Below the pieces are notes generated by a model. That model worked only from the letters and a program-made list of their open reading frames with translations. It ran no database searches and was not told the DNA's origin. The translations under genes were made by a program, and so were the position numbers. Source: Octopus bimaculoides (lineage: Eukaryota). Taken from it: a DNA stretch of 64,000 nt. Below, piece by piece: positions 13,013-26,161 of the stretch (position 1 is its first letter; each line of letters starts with the position of its first letter). The stretch lies in the NCBI RefSeq assembly GCF_001194135.2, contig NC_069003.1, positions 32,022,089 through 32,086,088 on the forward strand. The letters run 5' to 3'.

Positions 13013-13392
13013 CAGGGTGAGCCAAAAGTAGGTGGACAGTATTTGGAATAGGTTTATGTATCAGTTGGTAATCTTCAAGTTTAGGGGGATAAAAAAAAAA
13101 AAAATTCAAGGGAAGTAACTGAACGTCTTACCAGTATTCTCCGTACATCTCTGTTTATAAATAAATCACACACGTGATTTGATTGACGTTAGGGTTAGGG
13201 TGTGATTTATTTATAAACAGCTAGAAGAAAACGGATAATACTGGTAAGTCGTTCAGTTATTTCCCTTGAATATTTTTTTTTTTTTATCCTCCTAAACTTG
13301 AAGATTACCTTATCAGTTATATGAACGCAATTGTTTATTATAACTATGTTTTTTGTGTTTTTTTACTGTTCACCTACTTTTGGCTCACCCTG
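13013..13392. mobile_element. Palindromic Tc1/mariner-type MITE (about 380 bp) upstream of MRGBP
   Basis: TIRs CAGGGTGAGCCAAAAGTAGGTGGACAGTA / TACTGTTCACCTACTTTTGGCTCACCCTG, 3' TA; long internal inverted arms (about 13070-13170 vs 13201-13309). Confidence 0.85.
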
Positions 13393-13629
13393 TATATATA
13401 TATAATTTAATTATTATACAGACACGTATAAAATCGCAGCTTACCAGCACACAATACCAGACATAAAAGAAAACAAAACGTCTACTCTATAATGTTCCTA
13501 AATTTCGATCAACTGATTTCATCGGAGTTATCTCTCTTGCTCACTGCTTTTAGAGCCGTGATCCCCCAACATTTTTTGCACCATGGATCGGTTTCGGCCA
13601 TTTCCTACAGACCGGGGCATTCACGCTCA

Positions 13630-13830
13630 TTGCAAAAGACAATAAAGTGCTCGCCATCACTAGTGGTCCTGCATCAGCCCCTCTGCATCCTCCATGATGA
13701 TGTCAAGCCTCTGGAGATCTTTCTCAATCATGTCCAGCAATCTGGTGTGGGGCCTGCCCTAAGTCCTCTTCCAGCCTGCAGGTGCTGCATCGAATGACAG
13801 TAAAACCCTGGTAGGATGATTTCAGGTTCA
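13630..13830 (-). mobile_element. RTE-clade LINE ORF2 3' fragment
   Basis: Minus translation GWKRT*GRPHTRLLDMIEKDLQRLDIIMEDAERLMQDH**WRAL matches the RTE C-terminal GRPRTRW..DR..WR pattern. Confidence 0.7.
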
Positions 13831-16059
13831 ATCCAACTGTGTGGAACCTTAAGTACTTTCTGCTACAGCTTTGGTTTAATCAATGCCTTGAGAGTAAAAT
13901 TTGGTAGATGGAAACTGTAGAGAAACCAGTCATATATATATATATTTATATACTAGCTTGGGTATTAAATACTCGGCAATGGTCTTAATAGGTTCTACCA
14001 ATATTTTCCTTATTGTCAGTATTGTGATTTTACACTGAAAGTAGCCAGGAAGTAAACCGTAACATCAGATTGTAGTTTTTAGGAAATATACCTTAAAACA
14101 GACCACTGGAAGAAACCAGCCTTGGCACTTTACATAGAGTAACATGTTATCTGCCTGGATATTTACACCCCTCCTCTTACTCTCTCTCTCTCTATATATA
14201 TACACATACATATATACCATCATCTTCATCTGACATCTGCTTTCCATGTAGGCATGGGTCAGATGATTTGACAGGGAAACAGTGAGCTGTGTCGAGCTCG
14301 TGTCATCTTTTGCATGGTGTCTAGGAAGGGCTGAATGCCCTTCTTTCCTAACACCAACCACTTTACAGAGTGTACCGAGTGTTTTTCTCTTGCCACCAGC
14401 ACTAGTGAAATTTATCTCCCTGGATACTGGAATAACAACACCCACCTGACAATAATCAGATGAATTAGCACAGTAATTATACATGCACACATATATTCAT
14501 AATCATATATCATCATCAATATTTAATGTCCGCTTTCCATGGGTTGAACACAAACACACACACATCAAACTGCTAATCTTTGTTGTTACATCTCTAAAAA
14601 TTATTCAAGTAAAACAATGAAGAAAAAGAAAAGAATGAAAAATTATGCAATAAATTTAGAACATCCATTAATAAGGAAGACAAACTAAAAGTCAAAAAAT
14701 ATCTTTTCTGTTTATTAATCTTCACATCTGCATCATTATTTACAAGGTGGAACCTCTGCAATGAGGCGTAGCAAAGAACAAATTAGTCAATCTCTTCAAT
14801 AGAAGAACAATTAGCTTCCCAACCTAACAAGCTGTCAAGTTGGAACTATAATGGTTGAAGAAATATACACACACACACACATATACACAGGTACGACATT
14901 GACTTTCTGGAACCTTTCCAGAATACTAGGTCAATACACTCTAAATTAAATAAATATCAAATTTACTCAAGCTTTTAGCATTCAGATTACTCTGTTAAAT
15001 GTAATACTTATATATTCACATTGTTTGAATTAATCATGCATTATTCCATTGCTTCAAGATTTTGATGTGATTGCTTATTTTTACAATGACATTGTAAGGT
15101 AGGTGTGAGAAGAAAGATCTGACTAGTTAGAACATAAAACGGGGAGAATATTTGAGCCAGACATGGCCAGTTTAAATGCTAAAAGGTTAGATAAATTAAA
15201 TACAAGTATTGGTACATTAGTATAAATCAGGGCTGGCCAACCTGGGGCCCACAGACTTTTATCTTGCTGCCTGCTTGATACTTTCTTGAAATGGGTTTAT
15301 TTAAACAAACATTTTTAAAATTCTATCAAAAATTAAAGATTGTAATGAAAAGTAAAAAAGAAAGATACTACTGTTTTTGCAACGATAACATTGCTTGTTG
15401 AATCAACAATCATTTATTTATTATTGTAATAATAGCATGAAAAAGCAAAAGGCTTTCAATTCTGTCAGTATACAAGTAACCCTAAAAAAACGTTCTGTGA
15501 TTAAACTGGCCCGCAATGTAATTTGAGTTGGTCAGGCTTGGTATAAATCATACAAGTATATTTATACTGTACTGTACAAGATACCAGTCAACAAACTAGT
15601 CCAGCATCTGTGGGAATTTGAAGTACCTGCTTGTGGATTACAAGAGATTCTGGTACATCGGTGTCCAGAAACATGGTGTTGTACCTGTATGTATGTGTGT
15701 ATATATATGATGTTCTAGCAAAAGACTCTATCAAAATGAATGGAGAAGTATTGGAGTCCTATAATACAGAATAGCTAAAACACCTTCAAGACAAAAAAAT
15801 ATTTCATTTATTTTTCTTTCCCCTTAAATATCAAACAAATGATGATAGAGATTCTTTTGCTAGAATATATTCTTCATTTTAAGACGTTACAATCTGACAT
15901 TAACGAAGCGATACAACACAAGCAGCTGTCATTTAAAGTAGAACAACAATGATAGATATAATGTTGAGAAATACTTTGACTTTTTTTTCAGTTCCCCTAC
16001 TTCATATGTTGCTAGTGAATTCTGAATTAACCTCAGAGGTAAATCTTGCTACTGCATTG

Positions 16060-16258
16060 TCCAGCAGACAAGTCAGATTTTTCAGACTGAAGTACAGCCA
16101 AAAATAAGGGAGTTCAACTTATACACCAAGATGTCCTTGGAGGACCAAAAATTCCATGTGAAACGCAACAGGATTTGGAAAGATAGTGATGATGTTTGAA
16201 TGTTTATACATGTTTACGCTATATACAACATTGACTTGTATGTTAGAAAATACGGTAT
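16060..16258. mobile_element. pogo/Tigger-like MITE remnant; homologous copy about 32690-32940
   Basis: The two segments align (cagccaaaaataa..acttatacaccaag..ggaggaccaaaaatt); end gacttgtatgttagaaaatacgg-TA resembles pogo/Tigger TIRs. Confidence 0.45.
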
Positions 16259-17065
16259 TAAGATATATATTAATATTACAATTATCTTACACGTCATAAT
16301 ATATATCATCATTTAACGTCCGTTTTCCGTGTTCGCATGGGTTGGACAGTTTGATAGGAGACCTGCACTAGGCTTCAATTGTCTGTTTTGCCATGGTTTC
16401 TATGGCTGGATGTCCTCCCTATCTTCAAAGTTGTCGATTAATCTCACCCTAGTCATTTTTATCACTTAAAAAAGTAAAATATAAGTGTTGGACAAATATA
16501 TTCTTCTACATTTATTGATCTCTGTTCATCTACATTTGTATATCTCACATTAGTATATCACAAATAATAATAGGAACTTAGTAGTATTTATATTTATTCG
16601 AGTATAAATAAGCTATTTAATTCTATTGATGGTTGATTAATAATGATTAGTGAAATTTATGTTATTTAATAGCATTTATTATTATGTATACACACACACA
16701 CACACATGTACACTAACACATATATAAACCTACATATACATTGTATACACATATGAATCTATTTCTAGCCTATTGTCAGTGTCCTTTCTCATTTTTGCAA
16801 AAACAGCCAACCATGTTATATACCTGAGTCTGAAAGCTTGCTTGAAAACACAAGCCATGCAATACAAGCTTTTCAGTTTATTGTATTTTCATAGCATGAA
16901 ACTAACAGTAGCTCATATTTAAATACTATGTATATAAAATAATATTTATCTTTCACTGGATGGAGTACTATTTTTGATCCCAACAATAATGGAACAGTAA
17001 ATTCTATCTATCTATCTATCTACATACATCTGTGTCTATCTATCTATCTATCTAGCTATATATAG

Positions 17066-17124
<59 letters not shown>

Positions 17125-18012
17125 CACATACACACTCACATACATATGCATACACACATATACCTATACATACATATACCAATTCCATTTGGGTTTTGAC
17201 CCTGAAGTTTGCTATGTTAAGCTCATCTATGGTTAACAGCAATCAGATACCAGTATAAAACAGAAATGATATATCTGAAAATATGTAAATATGTGTAGAA
17301 TTTACATAAACATTAGCAAGAAGGATGATGCGAGCACTTTGTATTATTACCCAATTCTACAATTGTAGAATTATGTAATAAAAAAAAAAAGAATCATTTC
17401 ACATTCTCTCAAAGTTTATAAATTCTTGATGTAAACATATTTTGAAATTCTCTTTTTTTTTTTTTCAGTCTTGTTTTTTTTTTTTTTGGTCAAATTTCTT
17501 TTCCCAACATATTCCAATGTATCCGGCTCAGTGTTGTTTATCACTTCTTTGTTCAGATGTAGCAGGAATAGATAGATGAGAATGAGAAACGGAGCAAACA
17601 ATGACAAAGAAGATTATGTGTGATGGTCAGGAAAGTAATAAAAAGTTTTTAAAAAAAAAACAAAAAACAATAAACAAATTTATAAGGTTTGAACTGATGA
17701 AATATTTACAAGGCTTAATAGGCTTTTGGGTTTTTTTACAGATGAAATGATAGGGAATTCAAGGCACCACCTAATTCATTTAAGGGACTACCATTATTAA
17801 AGTAATTCATTTTAATCATACATAAAGGCAACACTAAATAAATAAATACAGGGGAAAGTGAATGAGAGAGTTTTCTGCAAATATGCAACCCTGAAGTTGT
17901 CCTTTTTTTTTATGGGAGTGAATTTATGCAAGGGCTACTACAACACATAGGTGTTTACAAAGGCTAAACCAAATCCCAAACCCGCTAACCTATTAACCCG
18001 TTAACTCTAACT

Positions 18013-18207
18013 CTAAGAGGAGTCCTCGTCAGCATTGTTGTTTGTAGCATTTTCTTCATTGTTGTCTTCGTTACCGCTTGCTTCATTAGCACTTGCCTCG
18101 TTAGCGCTACCGCTGCCACTACCACTACCGGCATCGTTATTGTCTTCATCTTCACTCTCAACAATACGGGCTTTCTTCTTCTTTGGAGCAGAATCAGAGC
18201 CGGACTC
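18013..18207 (-). CDS. LEO1: LEO1 last coding exon (ESGSDSAPKKKKARIVESEDED...ADEDSS*)
   Basis: Acceptor ttttccacag, phase 0, TAG stop at 18015-18013. Confidence 0.88.
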   Translation of the reverse strand, partial: ESGSDSAPKKKKARIVESEDEDNNDAGSGSGSGSANEASANEASGNEDNNEENATNNNADEDSS

Positions 18208-19299
18208 CTGTGGAAAAGAAATTGAAAGGGAAAAAAAACAAAAAAAAACCATAAATAATTATACTGGAATATTATAATTTCATTTTCTTTTCATCATCAT
18301 CCTCATCAACATTTAATGTCCGTTTTCCATACTCGCATGGTCCAATCCATGCCAGCACGGAAATCAGATGGAATGTTAGTGAATGTTCATAATAAACATT
18401 CAATAACATATAAGTGCCATAAATAGTTAGGTAAGGCAACATACAATGGGACTGAGCACTTACTACATGATCAGAAACCGTGCTTCTTAACCACACAGCC
18501 GTATCTGCACCTATGAGTCACGCCTGTTCCTATAGCCATGCTTGCACTGGTAATATAGATGTGTGTGTGGGTGATATTTGGTAGAATCAGTGGAGTGCTC
18601 AACAAAAGGGTTTAGTTTCATTGTATAGCACCTTGGGCAAATACCTTCTACTATAGGCACAAGACCTGAAATTTGGGGGAAGGAGGTTATTAATCCCAGT
18701 ACTCAACTGGTACTTATTTTATCGACCTCAAAAGAACAAAAGGAAAAGTCCACCTTGGTGGAATATGAATTCAGAAAATAAAACCAGAAGAAATGCCTCT
18801 AAGCGTTTTGTCCAGTATGCTGACGATTCTGCCAGCTTGCTGTCTTAACCCTTTCGTTACTGTATTTATTTTGAGATGCTCTGTATTTCTTTTAATTACT
18901 TTAAATATAACAAAGAATTTAGTAAAATAACTTAGTTATCATTAAGCTGGTGTTAGGAACATAAATTGCGACTAAGGTTTGGTGGAAGATTTTAATTCNN
19001 NNNNNNNNNNNNNNNNNNNNNNNNNNNNNNNNNNNNNNNNNNNNNNNNNNNNNNNNNNNNNNNNNNNNNNNNNNNNNNNNNNNNNNNNNNNNNNNNNNNN
19101 NNNNNNNNNNNNNNNNNNNNNNNNNNNNNNNNNNNNNNNNNNNNNNNNNNNNNNNNNNNNNNNNNNNNNNNNNNNNNNNNNNNNNNNGTTTACAAAAAAT
19201 TTGGCTGCTATTTTTAGCAGTCAAGTGACTGTAAAGAAATTTCATTATGAACTGATGTCCTCTTAAACCTACACAACATTGATATTACTTCATCTTTAA

Positions 19300-19521
19300 C
19301 CCTTTTATTACCATATTTCTGTTGAGATGCTCTGTGTTTCTTTCATTTAATTTCAAATATAACAAAGAATTTACAAAAATAACTTAGTTATCATTCAACT
19401 AGTGTTAGGAACATAAATTGTGACTAAGGTTTGGTGGAAGATTTTAATTCGAAACTTATGAAAACAAGACATTTGTAATACAAAGCCAGAGCCGGTTTCA
19501 GCCGGGTTGGTAACGAAAGGG
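19300..19521. mobile_element. piggyBac-like MITE (family D) in the last LEO1 intron; a second partial copy starts at 18849
   Basis: TTAA flanks; CCCTTTTATTAC...GTAACGAAAGGG; aligns with 35174-35395. Confidence 0.75.
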
Positions 19522-19554
19522 TTAATTTAAAGAGACATTCAGTAGTATACTTAC

Positions 19555-19661
19555 ATCCTCACTGTCAAGTTTCTTTGCTTTCATTAATCTCTTTGCTTGC
19601 TTTTCCTCCTTTTCTGAGTCATAGTCATCATCACTGTCCGATGAATATATATTGCCACGAT
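19555..19661 (-). CDS. LEO1: LEO1 exon 12 (DRGNIYSSDSDDDYDSEKEEKQAKRLMKAKKLDSED)
   Basis: IYSSDSD and RL-KAKKL-SD motifs of the LEO1 C-terminus; acceptor tgtttctag, donor GAT|GTAAGT. Confidence 0.92.
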
Positions 19662-20222
19662 CTAGAAACAGAGACAAAAGGAATACATCAAAGATGTGTT
19701 GGACACATAAATTATGTTTATGAGGAAACTCAAATGAACTTCCCGAAACATTGAATTAGTATGTTAGTGGTTTGAAATAATTAGTACAAAAGGGCCGCTC
19801 TGATCTCTCTCATAATAATCCCCTTATCTCTTGACATACATAATACATAATACATACATATATACACACAGTGAGTTTCTTTCAGTTTCTGTCAACCAAA
19901 TCCACTCGCAGCCCAAGGTGCATGCAGTGGGACTGAATGTGGAACCATGTGGTTGGGAAGCAAACTTCTCAGCCACACAGTCATATCCAATAATTACTCG
20001 GAGGTTATTGCTTACACAGGTAGGGAAGACAATATTACTAATCTACCAAAAGTTAATCAGTGAAAGAAAGTCCTCAAGAGAGCCATCAATGAGAGTCAGC
20101 AGCAAGAATCATCAAGAGAGTTGCTAACAGCCATCATTGAGAGTCAACAATGGGACAAAAAAAAAAAAAAAATCATCTCTCCAGGCCCCAATAAAAGCTA
20201 TAAGAACAATCTAGAACATTAC

Positions 20223-20406
20223 CTCTTTTTGTCCCTGGTTTGTAGTTTTTCTTGATAGCAGACAGAGATATAGAAGCTTCATCATCGTCATCGTCATCAT
20301 CCCCTTCAATATAGGAGGAATTCATGCCTCGCACGTGAGCCTTTTCTCGGATTCGGCGTTGCTGACTTTCACGGCGAATAGAAGCACGCAGGCGTTCTTC
20401 TTCTTT
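20223..20406 (-). CDS. LEO1: LEO1 exon 11 ([22 protein letters not shown]...[17 protein letters not shown])
   Basis: Hand-translated; near-identical motifs to metazoan LEO1; acceptor tattgtag, donor G|GTAATG. Confidence 0.95.
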
Positions 20407-21073
20407 CTACAATAATATAAATAAATGAATAAATAAATGAATAGTTTAGAATTCAAAATTAGTGTTATGTATTTTATGGTTTATTCAGAGGAGGAAGGGG
20501 TGATATTCATGACCATTTTGCAGAATATGTGATAAAGGTGGGTGGTGTCAACAAATAGAAATAGACCCTGACTGCTTGCAACAGAGTATATTTCATGGAA
20601 AGCACTCAAGTGTTAGGAGGCAGAAGTACTCTGAGAGAGAGAGAGAGGTAGAGGGAGAGAGAGAGGTAGAGGGAGAGAGAGAGAACTTTAACTTAGAGCA
20701 TTCAGGCTGTTCTGTTGATCTGATCAACTGGAGCCCTTGTCTCTTGTAACCAATGGGGTGCCAGGTTTTATATATATATATATACCCATATATGGGTGAT
20801 ATTGGGTAGAATCAGTGGAGTATTCAGAAAAATGCCTGGTGGTGTTTGGTTACATGCCCTGTGTTTTGAGTTCAAATTGCATCCCATGTCAAGCTTGCCT
20901 TTCCCTACATCAGAGGTTGATAAAATATGTATCAGGGGAACTACTGGTTGGTGGTGATGGTGGGGTTAATAAATAAATGGCCAAATCTCAGAATTTTGGA
21001 AGGTCATAACCCCCAGCATGGCCGCAGTCCAATGGTTGAAAGCAGTAACAGGAGAAAAGAATAAGAATGATAC

Positions 21074-21209
21074 CTTAATCATTTCTTCTCGATGAGCATC
21101 TGGATCATGTCCAGCAATTGGAATAACCTTCACCTTCTGTGTTTTGGTTGACCTATCTGCTATAGACATTGTCATCTTTCTGTGGGTGAATGATTCTGTG
21201 GAATGAGGT
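21074..21209 (-). CDS. LEO1: LEO1 exon 10 ([19 protein letters not shown]...AHREEMIK)
   Basis: Conserved; acceptor ctgtctccag, donor AAG|GTATCA. Confidence 0.95.
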
Positions 21210-21722
21210 CTGGAGACAGAGAAAAGGAGAGAGAGGTCCATTAATAATAAAACATGTTTTCTTCACATTTTTAAGAAAAAGTAATTAAATATAAAGCTAT
21301 TAACATTATAAAAATTCTTCGGTCTTTTATAATACCAATGCTCTGGAGACAGATTTTCTCTATGAAACCAATTAATTTAGTAAAATATCTGTCATTATCA
21401 AGCTGGGGTTTGGAATGTAAATCAATACAAAATTTTGATGGATGGTTCTAATTTAAAACATTTTGAAATAAAAAGTTTGAATATAGGACCAGCTGCAGTC
21501 TCTGGTGAGTTGGTATTGAAAAGGTTGAACAGCAAGACCAACCAGAAATTTACAACATGCTGTCTTGCATCATAAGACACCAATGATAAATCCAATAGTG
21601 TTGAAAGCATTTCTTTGCTGATGTGCCAGCTAATGATTGCCTTTTCAGTAACAAACTCAAAATAATGGAAAGGTAATCAACTCTAACTATTACAGGTACA
21701 CACACACACACACACTATTTAC

Positions 21723-21857
21723 CTGAATGTCAGTTTGGTTTTGAATATCGATTGTCCTTGAAGACCAGTACCCTGGCGGACAAACAAGTGGTTGTAATCT
21801 CCTTGAAGCAACATCGGGTGGACATCAAATATTTCACTGCCCAAGTGAAGAGAAATG
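21723..21857 (-). CDS. LEO1: LEO1 exon 9 ([46 protein letters not shown])
   Basis: Not in the ORF track; translated by hand. Conserved Leo1 domain; acceptor ttatttcag, donor AG|GTAAAT. Confidence 0.95.
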
Positions 21858-22448
21858 CTGAAATAACATAACAATGGAAGATTGGTCGTTAATGGAATAT
21901 AAAGAGTAAATATATTTTGGATTCAATTCTAAAATATAATACCAATTAAGTTCTGGATCAATATAATTGATGATAATTTAACCCCCAAATTTGAGGTTTT
22001 GTGTATTTATTTAAGTATTTAATCTGGCTTTTTGTATACCAGAACTACATTACCTAATGTCTCAGAATCAGGTAGCAAATTAGTGATTAGTCCACTGGAA
22101 GCCTATAAACAACAAGCTATTGTCCACAAATTGGAGAAAAAAGGAATGCATATATTAAAGGTTATCAGAAATTATGGACTATATTGCTGGCATTTAAAAA
22201 ATAATGCTGCACTTTTAGCTTGATTTCACCATTTTATTGCTAGCAAAAATTATTGTGCCTAGCAACTTATCGTCATAAGCCCCCCTAGTTTACAACACTC
22301 GGTCTCCCACCAGTGATATGGCCGCATTAGACGCAGGAAAATTTTTGGATACACTTAAAAGTTGAAAAGGCGGGACTGATAAGGACAGTAAACGTGTTAA
22401 TTTCTCTGAAGAGTTAAGCATGTAAGGGGTACAACTCTGTAAATATTA

Positions 22449-22813
22449 TTTTCTACTCTAGGCACAAGGCCCGAAATTCTGGGGGAGAGGACCAGTCGAT
22501 TATATCGACCCCAGTGCGTAACTGGTACTTATTTAATCGACCCCGAAAGGATGAAAGGCAAAGTCGACTCGGTGGAATTTGAACTCAGAACGTAAAGGTA
22601 GACGAAATACCGCTAAGCATTTCGCCCAGCGTGCTAATGTTTCTTATTTCTTTATTGCCCACAAGGGGCTAAATATAGAGGGGATAAACAAGGACAGACA
22701 AAGGGATTAAGTCGATTACATCGATCCCAGTACACAACTGGTACTTAATTTATCAACCCTGAGAGGGTGAAAGGCAAAGTCGACCATGCTAACGTTTCTG
22801 CCAGCTCGCGGCA
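22449..22813 (-). mobile_element. Young nested pair of tRNA-derived SINE family B copies with long TSD; older copies about 2430-2640, 18640-18850, 25410-25620, 52090-52500
   Basis: B-box-like ctgagttcaaattcc on the minus strand; flanking direct repeat tacaactct(t)gtaaatatta at 22430-22448 and 22814-22833; CpGs intact. Confidence 0.75.
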
Positions 22814-23549
22814 TACAACTCTTGTAAATATTACTAATTGTTAGACTATGGCATGTTGGAATTGTCATTTCCTGACAAAATATTTTTTAAATGAGTCAAC
22901 AAGAAGGTAGGGCTCTACATGGTTGCTCGTTCTGCTAGAAACAGTGACCAAAATCTGCCTCAAGTCACTCCAACCATTTTGGAACACCTCTGATAATAGT
23001 TTTGTTCAACCAAGTTTTACTGAATAAGCCAATGAAGGAGCTTCTACGTGGTCACTTGATCTGCAAGAAATAGCAGCTCATATCATAACATTATTTTAGA
23101 TAAAGAAGGATAGATTGCACAGTTATACCCTTTGATATTCAAAAGACAGAATGGTTACAGAGAATACTTTTGATGATAGGTATGCTTCATCCAAATTCAT
23201 CTAGGATCAATATTGTGGTCATTCAATCTGCTAGAAACAGAAACCAAATCTCTCCAAAGTCACTTGTGGTATTTGTTTTGGCTCTAGGTACTCAAGTTCA
23301 AAGGCTTATGAATTAAGTACCACTCCAGTACTCTTACTTGTTTTGGTCACCGGATAGCAGCCATGCTGGAGCATCACCTTATTAGGTTAGTCAAATAAAT
23401 CAGCATGGAAAGCAGACATTAAATGACAATGATTTTATCTGTGGATTGTATCCCTAATTCAAAGGTGCAGCCTGTTACAAATCCACAAGAGCTGTGTGTT
23501 TAATTAATACATTTTGCAGAGTAGAATTTGATGCCTTTTAAAAACTCAC

Positions 23550-23668
23550 CTGCCATCAGACCACCGAACCATTCTGGCATTACTTTCTCGAAGAATGTTA
23601 CCATTTTCATCTTTCATTTCATTACCACTTTCATCCTTTTTAGTTCTCCACCGAATAGTATTTTCAAC
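23550..23668 (-). CDS. LEO1: LEO1 exon 8 (VENTIRWR...[13 protein letters not shown])
   Basis: Conserved Leo1 domain; donor AG|GTGAGT. Confidence 0.95.
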
Positions 23669-24929
23669 CTTAATAGTTAAGAAAAAGAAGACAAAACAAA
23701 CCATTAATGAATAGACGAAAAACAAGAAATGAGTCATTAGCAAGAAAGGAAGGGATGATACGTTAATGAAACAAATATGTTAATGAAATGATATGTTAAT
23801 GAAACAAATATAGAAAAATTGTATGAAGAATGAGAAAATTTTCCAATTCCCAATCATTTGTGGTCATGAATGTTGAGTAATAACCGAAGGAGTATGATTG
23901 CGAATGTAACTGCTCAAAACAGAAGTCCTCTGAAAGATCTCTGGAATAACATTACTTGACAGGGTGCATGGCTTGGAGGTCAAGGAGCCTCCCCAGTTGA
24001 GCCACTACTTCTCCACATTGAGAAGTCACAACTTCAATACTAAAGACATGCAATTAGAATATCACAGGAAAGAACTGTGAGACAGATTCTTCAAGCCAAG
24101 CCAACCAGCAGGAGGCCTAAGGGTAGACCAAAATTGAGATGGTTATGATGCAATGATGGTTGTTTCTGACTGGACCCTATGGAAGAAGTGCCTGAGGACT
24201 CTATCCCACAGCCCTCCTAGGAAGACAGATAGTTCAGCAAAAGAGACTGAAAGAATAAATGGCAGGTTTAAAAGCAAGTACAGAGATCAATTTGTCCAAC
24301 CAAACCCTTCAAGGTGGTGCCCCAGCATGGCAACAGTCCAATGACTGAAACAATATATATATATATATATATATANNNNNNNNNNNNNNNNNNNNACACA
24401 CACACACAAGTAGAACAGTCATGGTTGGAATGCCTTTGATCACAGGTTTGACAAAGTCCCTTAACCCTTAAACTATGAAAATATATTTCATGATTATTCC
24501 AAAAATGATGTTAAATATCTACCAAAAAATAGAACTGGTATTTTCTGCAAGTCACATAGCTTCAATAAACTTGCCAAATCTTAAGAGAAAATAGTTTCAA
24601 ACACAACATTTTTCAATAAAAGGTATATAAAACTGCTTTCTGCAGCCAAGGGTTACGAAATTTCGAGTGAATAGATCTGATTTTCACAGTAAAAGGAATA
24701 ACTATATTATAATGGTGACTGATATAATATAGTAACATCAGACTTTAGTGATTATCCTAGATTCTATCACTATATGTGTGTGTGTGTGTGAGAGAGAGAG
24801 AAAGAAAATTCCATTCCCATAAACTGAAGATACAGCTGCTTCATCCATTCTGAATAATTAAAAACATTATGGTATTGAAAATAATATGTAGTTGAATTGA
24901 CGGATGACAATATTAAATAATTGCTTTAC

Positions 24930-25200
24930 ATTTACCGGATGTATTACAGTAGCTTAGAATGAGGTGGACAATCTGCTGGAATGCTATGACTCACATCAAG
25001 GTAGAAATGTGAAGGAGAGGCAATAATGTCTGGGATGGGTGACATTTCAGCAATAGAACTTTGCATTTGGTATCAATAGAAAGCAATACGGTTGTATGAT
25101 GCCTGTTTCAACAGCACTGAGAGATATGGAAGTAGTATAACAGGCAAAAAACTGAAGATGTGTTACAGAAATTGGAGAGGAATGAAGTATGAATGATTTC
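24930..25200 (+). mobile_element. Degraded RTE-clade RT fragment
   Basis: Remnant of KGRLYDACVRTAMLYGSETW...LERNE (cggttgtatgatgcctgtttc...tatggaagt...ttggagaggaatgaa). Confidence 0.55.
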
Positions 25201-26076
25201 ACTGATCAACTGACTATAAGGTTAGTGGAAAGTATAAGAGAATAATGGTTGTATTGAGCTGTTGTTTATTCAGGACAGATGGAATAACAACCTGCTTGAG
25301 ACTGTTCCTTGTTCTACAATACAAACTTACAGTTTAAAGGTGGTTTAAATTAAAACCATCCATCAGAATTTCATGTTAACTTAGGTTCTAAACACCAGCT
25401 TAATATTCCTTTCTACTATAGACACATAGCTTGAAATTTTGAGGGGAGGGTGCATGTTGATTACATCAACCCCCAGTACTTGACTGGTACTTATTTCATT
25501 GATTCCAAAAAGACGAAAGGCAAAGCTGACCTCAGTGGAATTTGAACTCAGAACAAAAATATGAATGAAATACTTCGAAGTATTTTTTGCCCAGCGTGCT
25601 TATGATTCTGCCAGCAGTTATTTTATTAAATTCATCATCATTTAATAAAAAAAAAAATTAATTGAAATAAAGGTGGAGTTTTTCAACAGAAAGATGGTAA
25701 CAAAAGGGTTAGTCATAGGTTTGTTTCACCAGGCCTGACATGGGGGGGGGGCGGGCTAAGCAATAAGAACAACACCACTGCTTGCTCACTGCCATCATCA
25801 TCATCATCATCGTTTTCAGGATACAAGAACAAACTCATCAAAGAAGGAAGATCTACACAGCTATTAAACAGGTTAGAAATAGTAGCTAAATCCCCATTAA
25901 ATCATCAGATCATATACTATCATCTTACAAAATAAACAAATAAATTGCAGTCTGTTGGAAGGTGGGATGGCTATGACTTGTATGTGTCTGATCATAGGTC
26001 TGTTTGCTTGCTCATGGTTGTCCTAGGGTTAAACAACAACAAAATAACTGTACAATTTTATTAGAAAAATGTTTAC

Positions 26077-26161
26077 CTTTAATTTCAACCTGGCTCTACC
26101 TTCTTCATCTATCACTTCATCTTCATCTATTTCATCTTCATAAGTCAAGGCATCAAAAGGT
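26077..26161 (-). CDS. LEO1: LEO1 exon 7 ([28 protein letters not shown])
   Basis: Conserved Leo1 domain; acceptor atctctag, donor AAG|GTAAAC. Confidence 0.95.
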
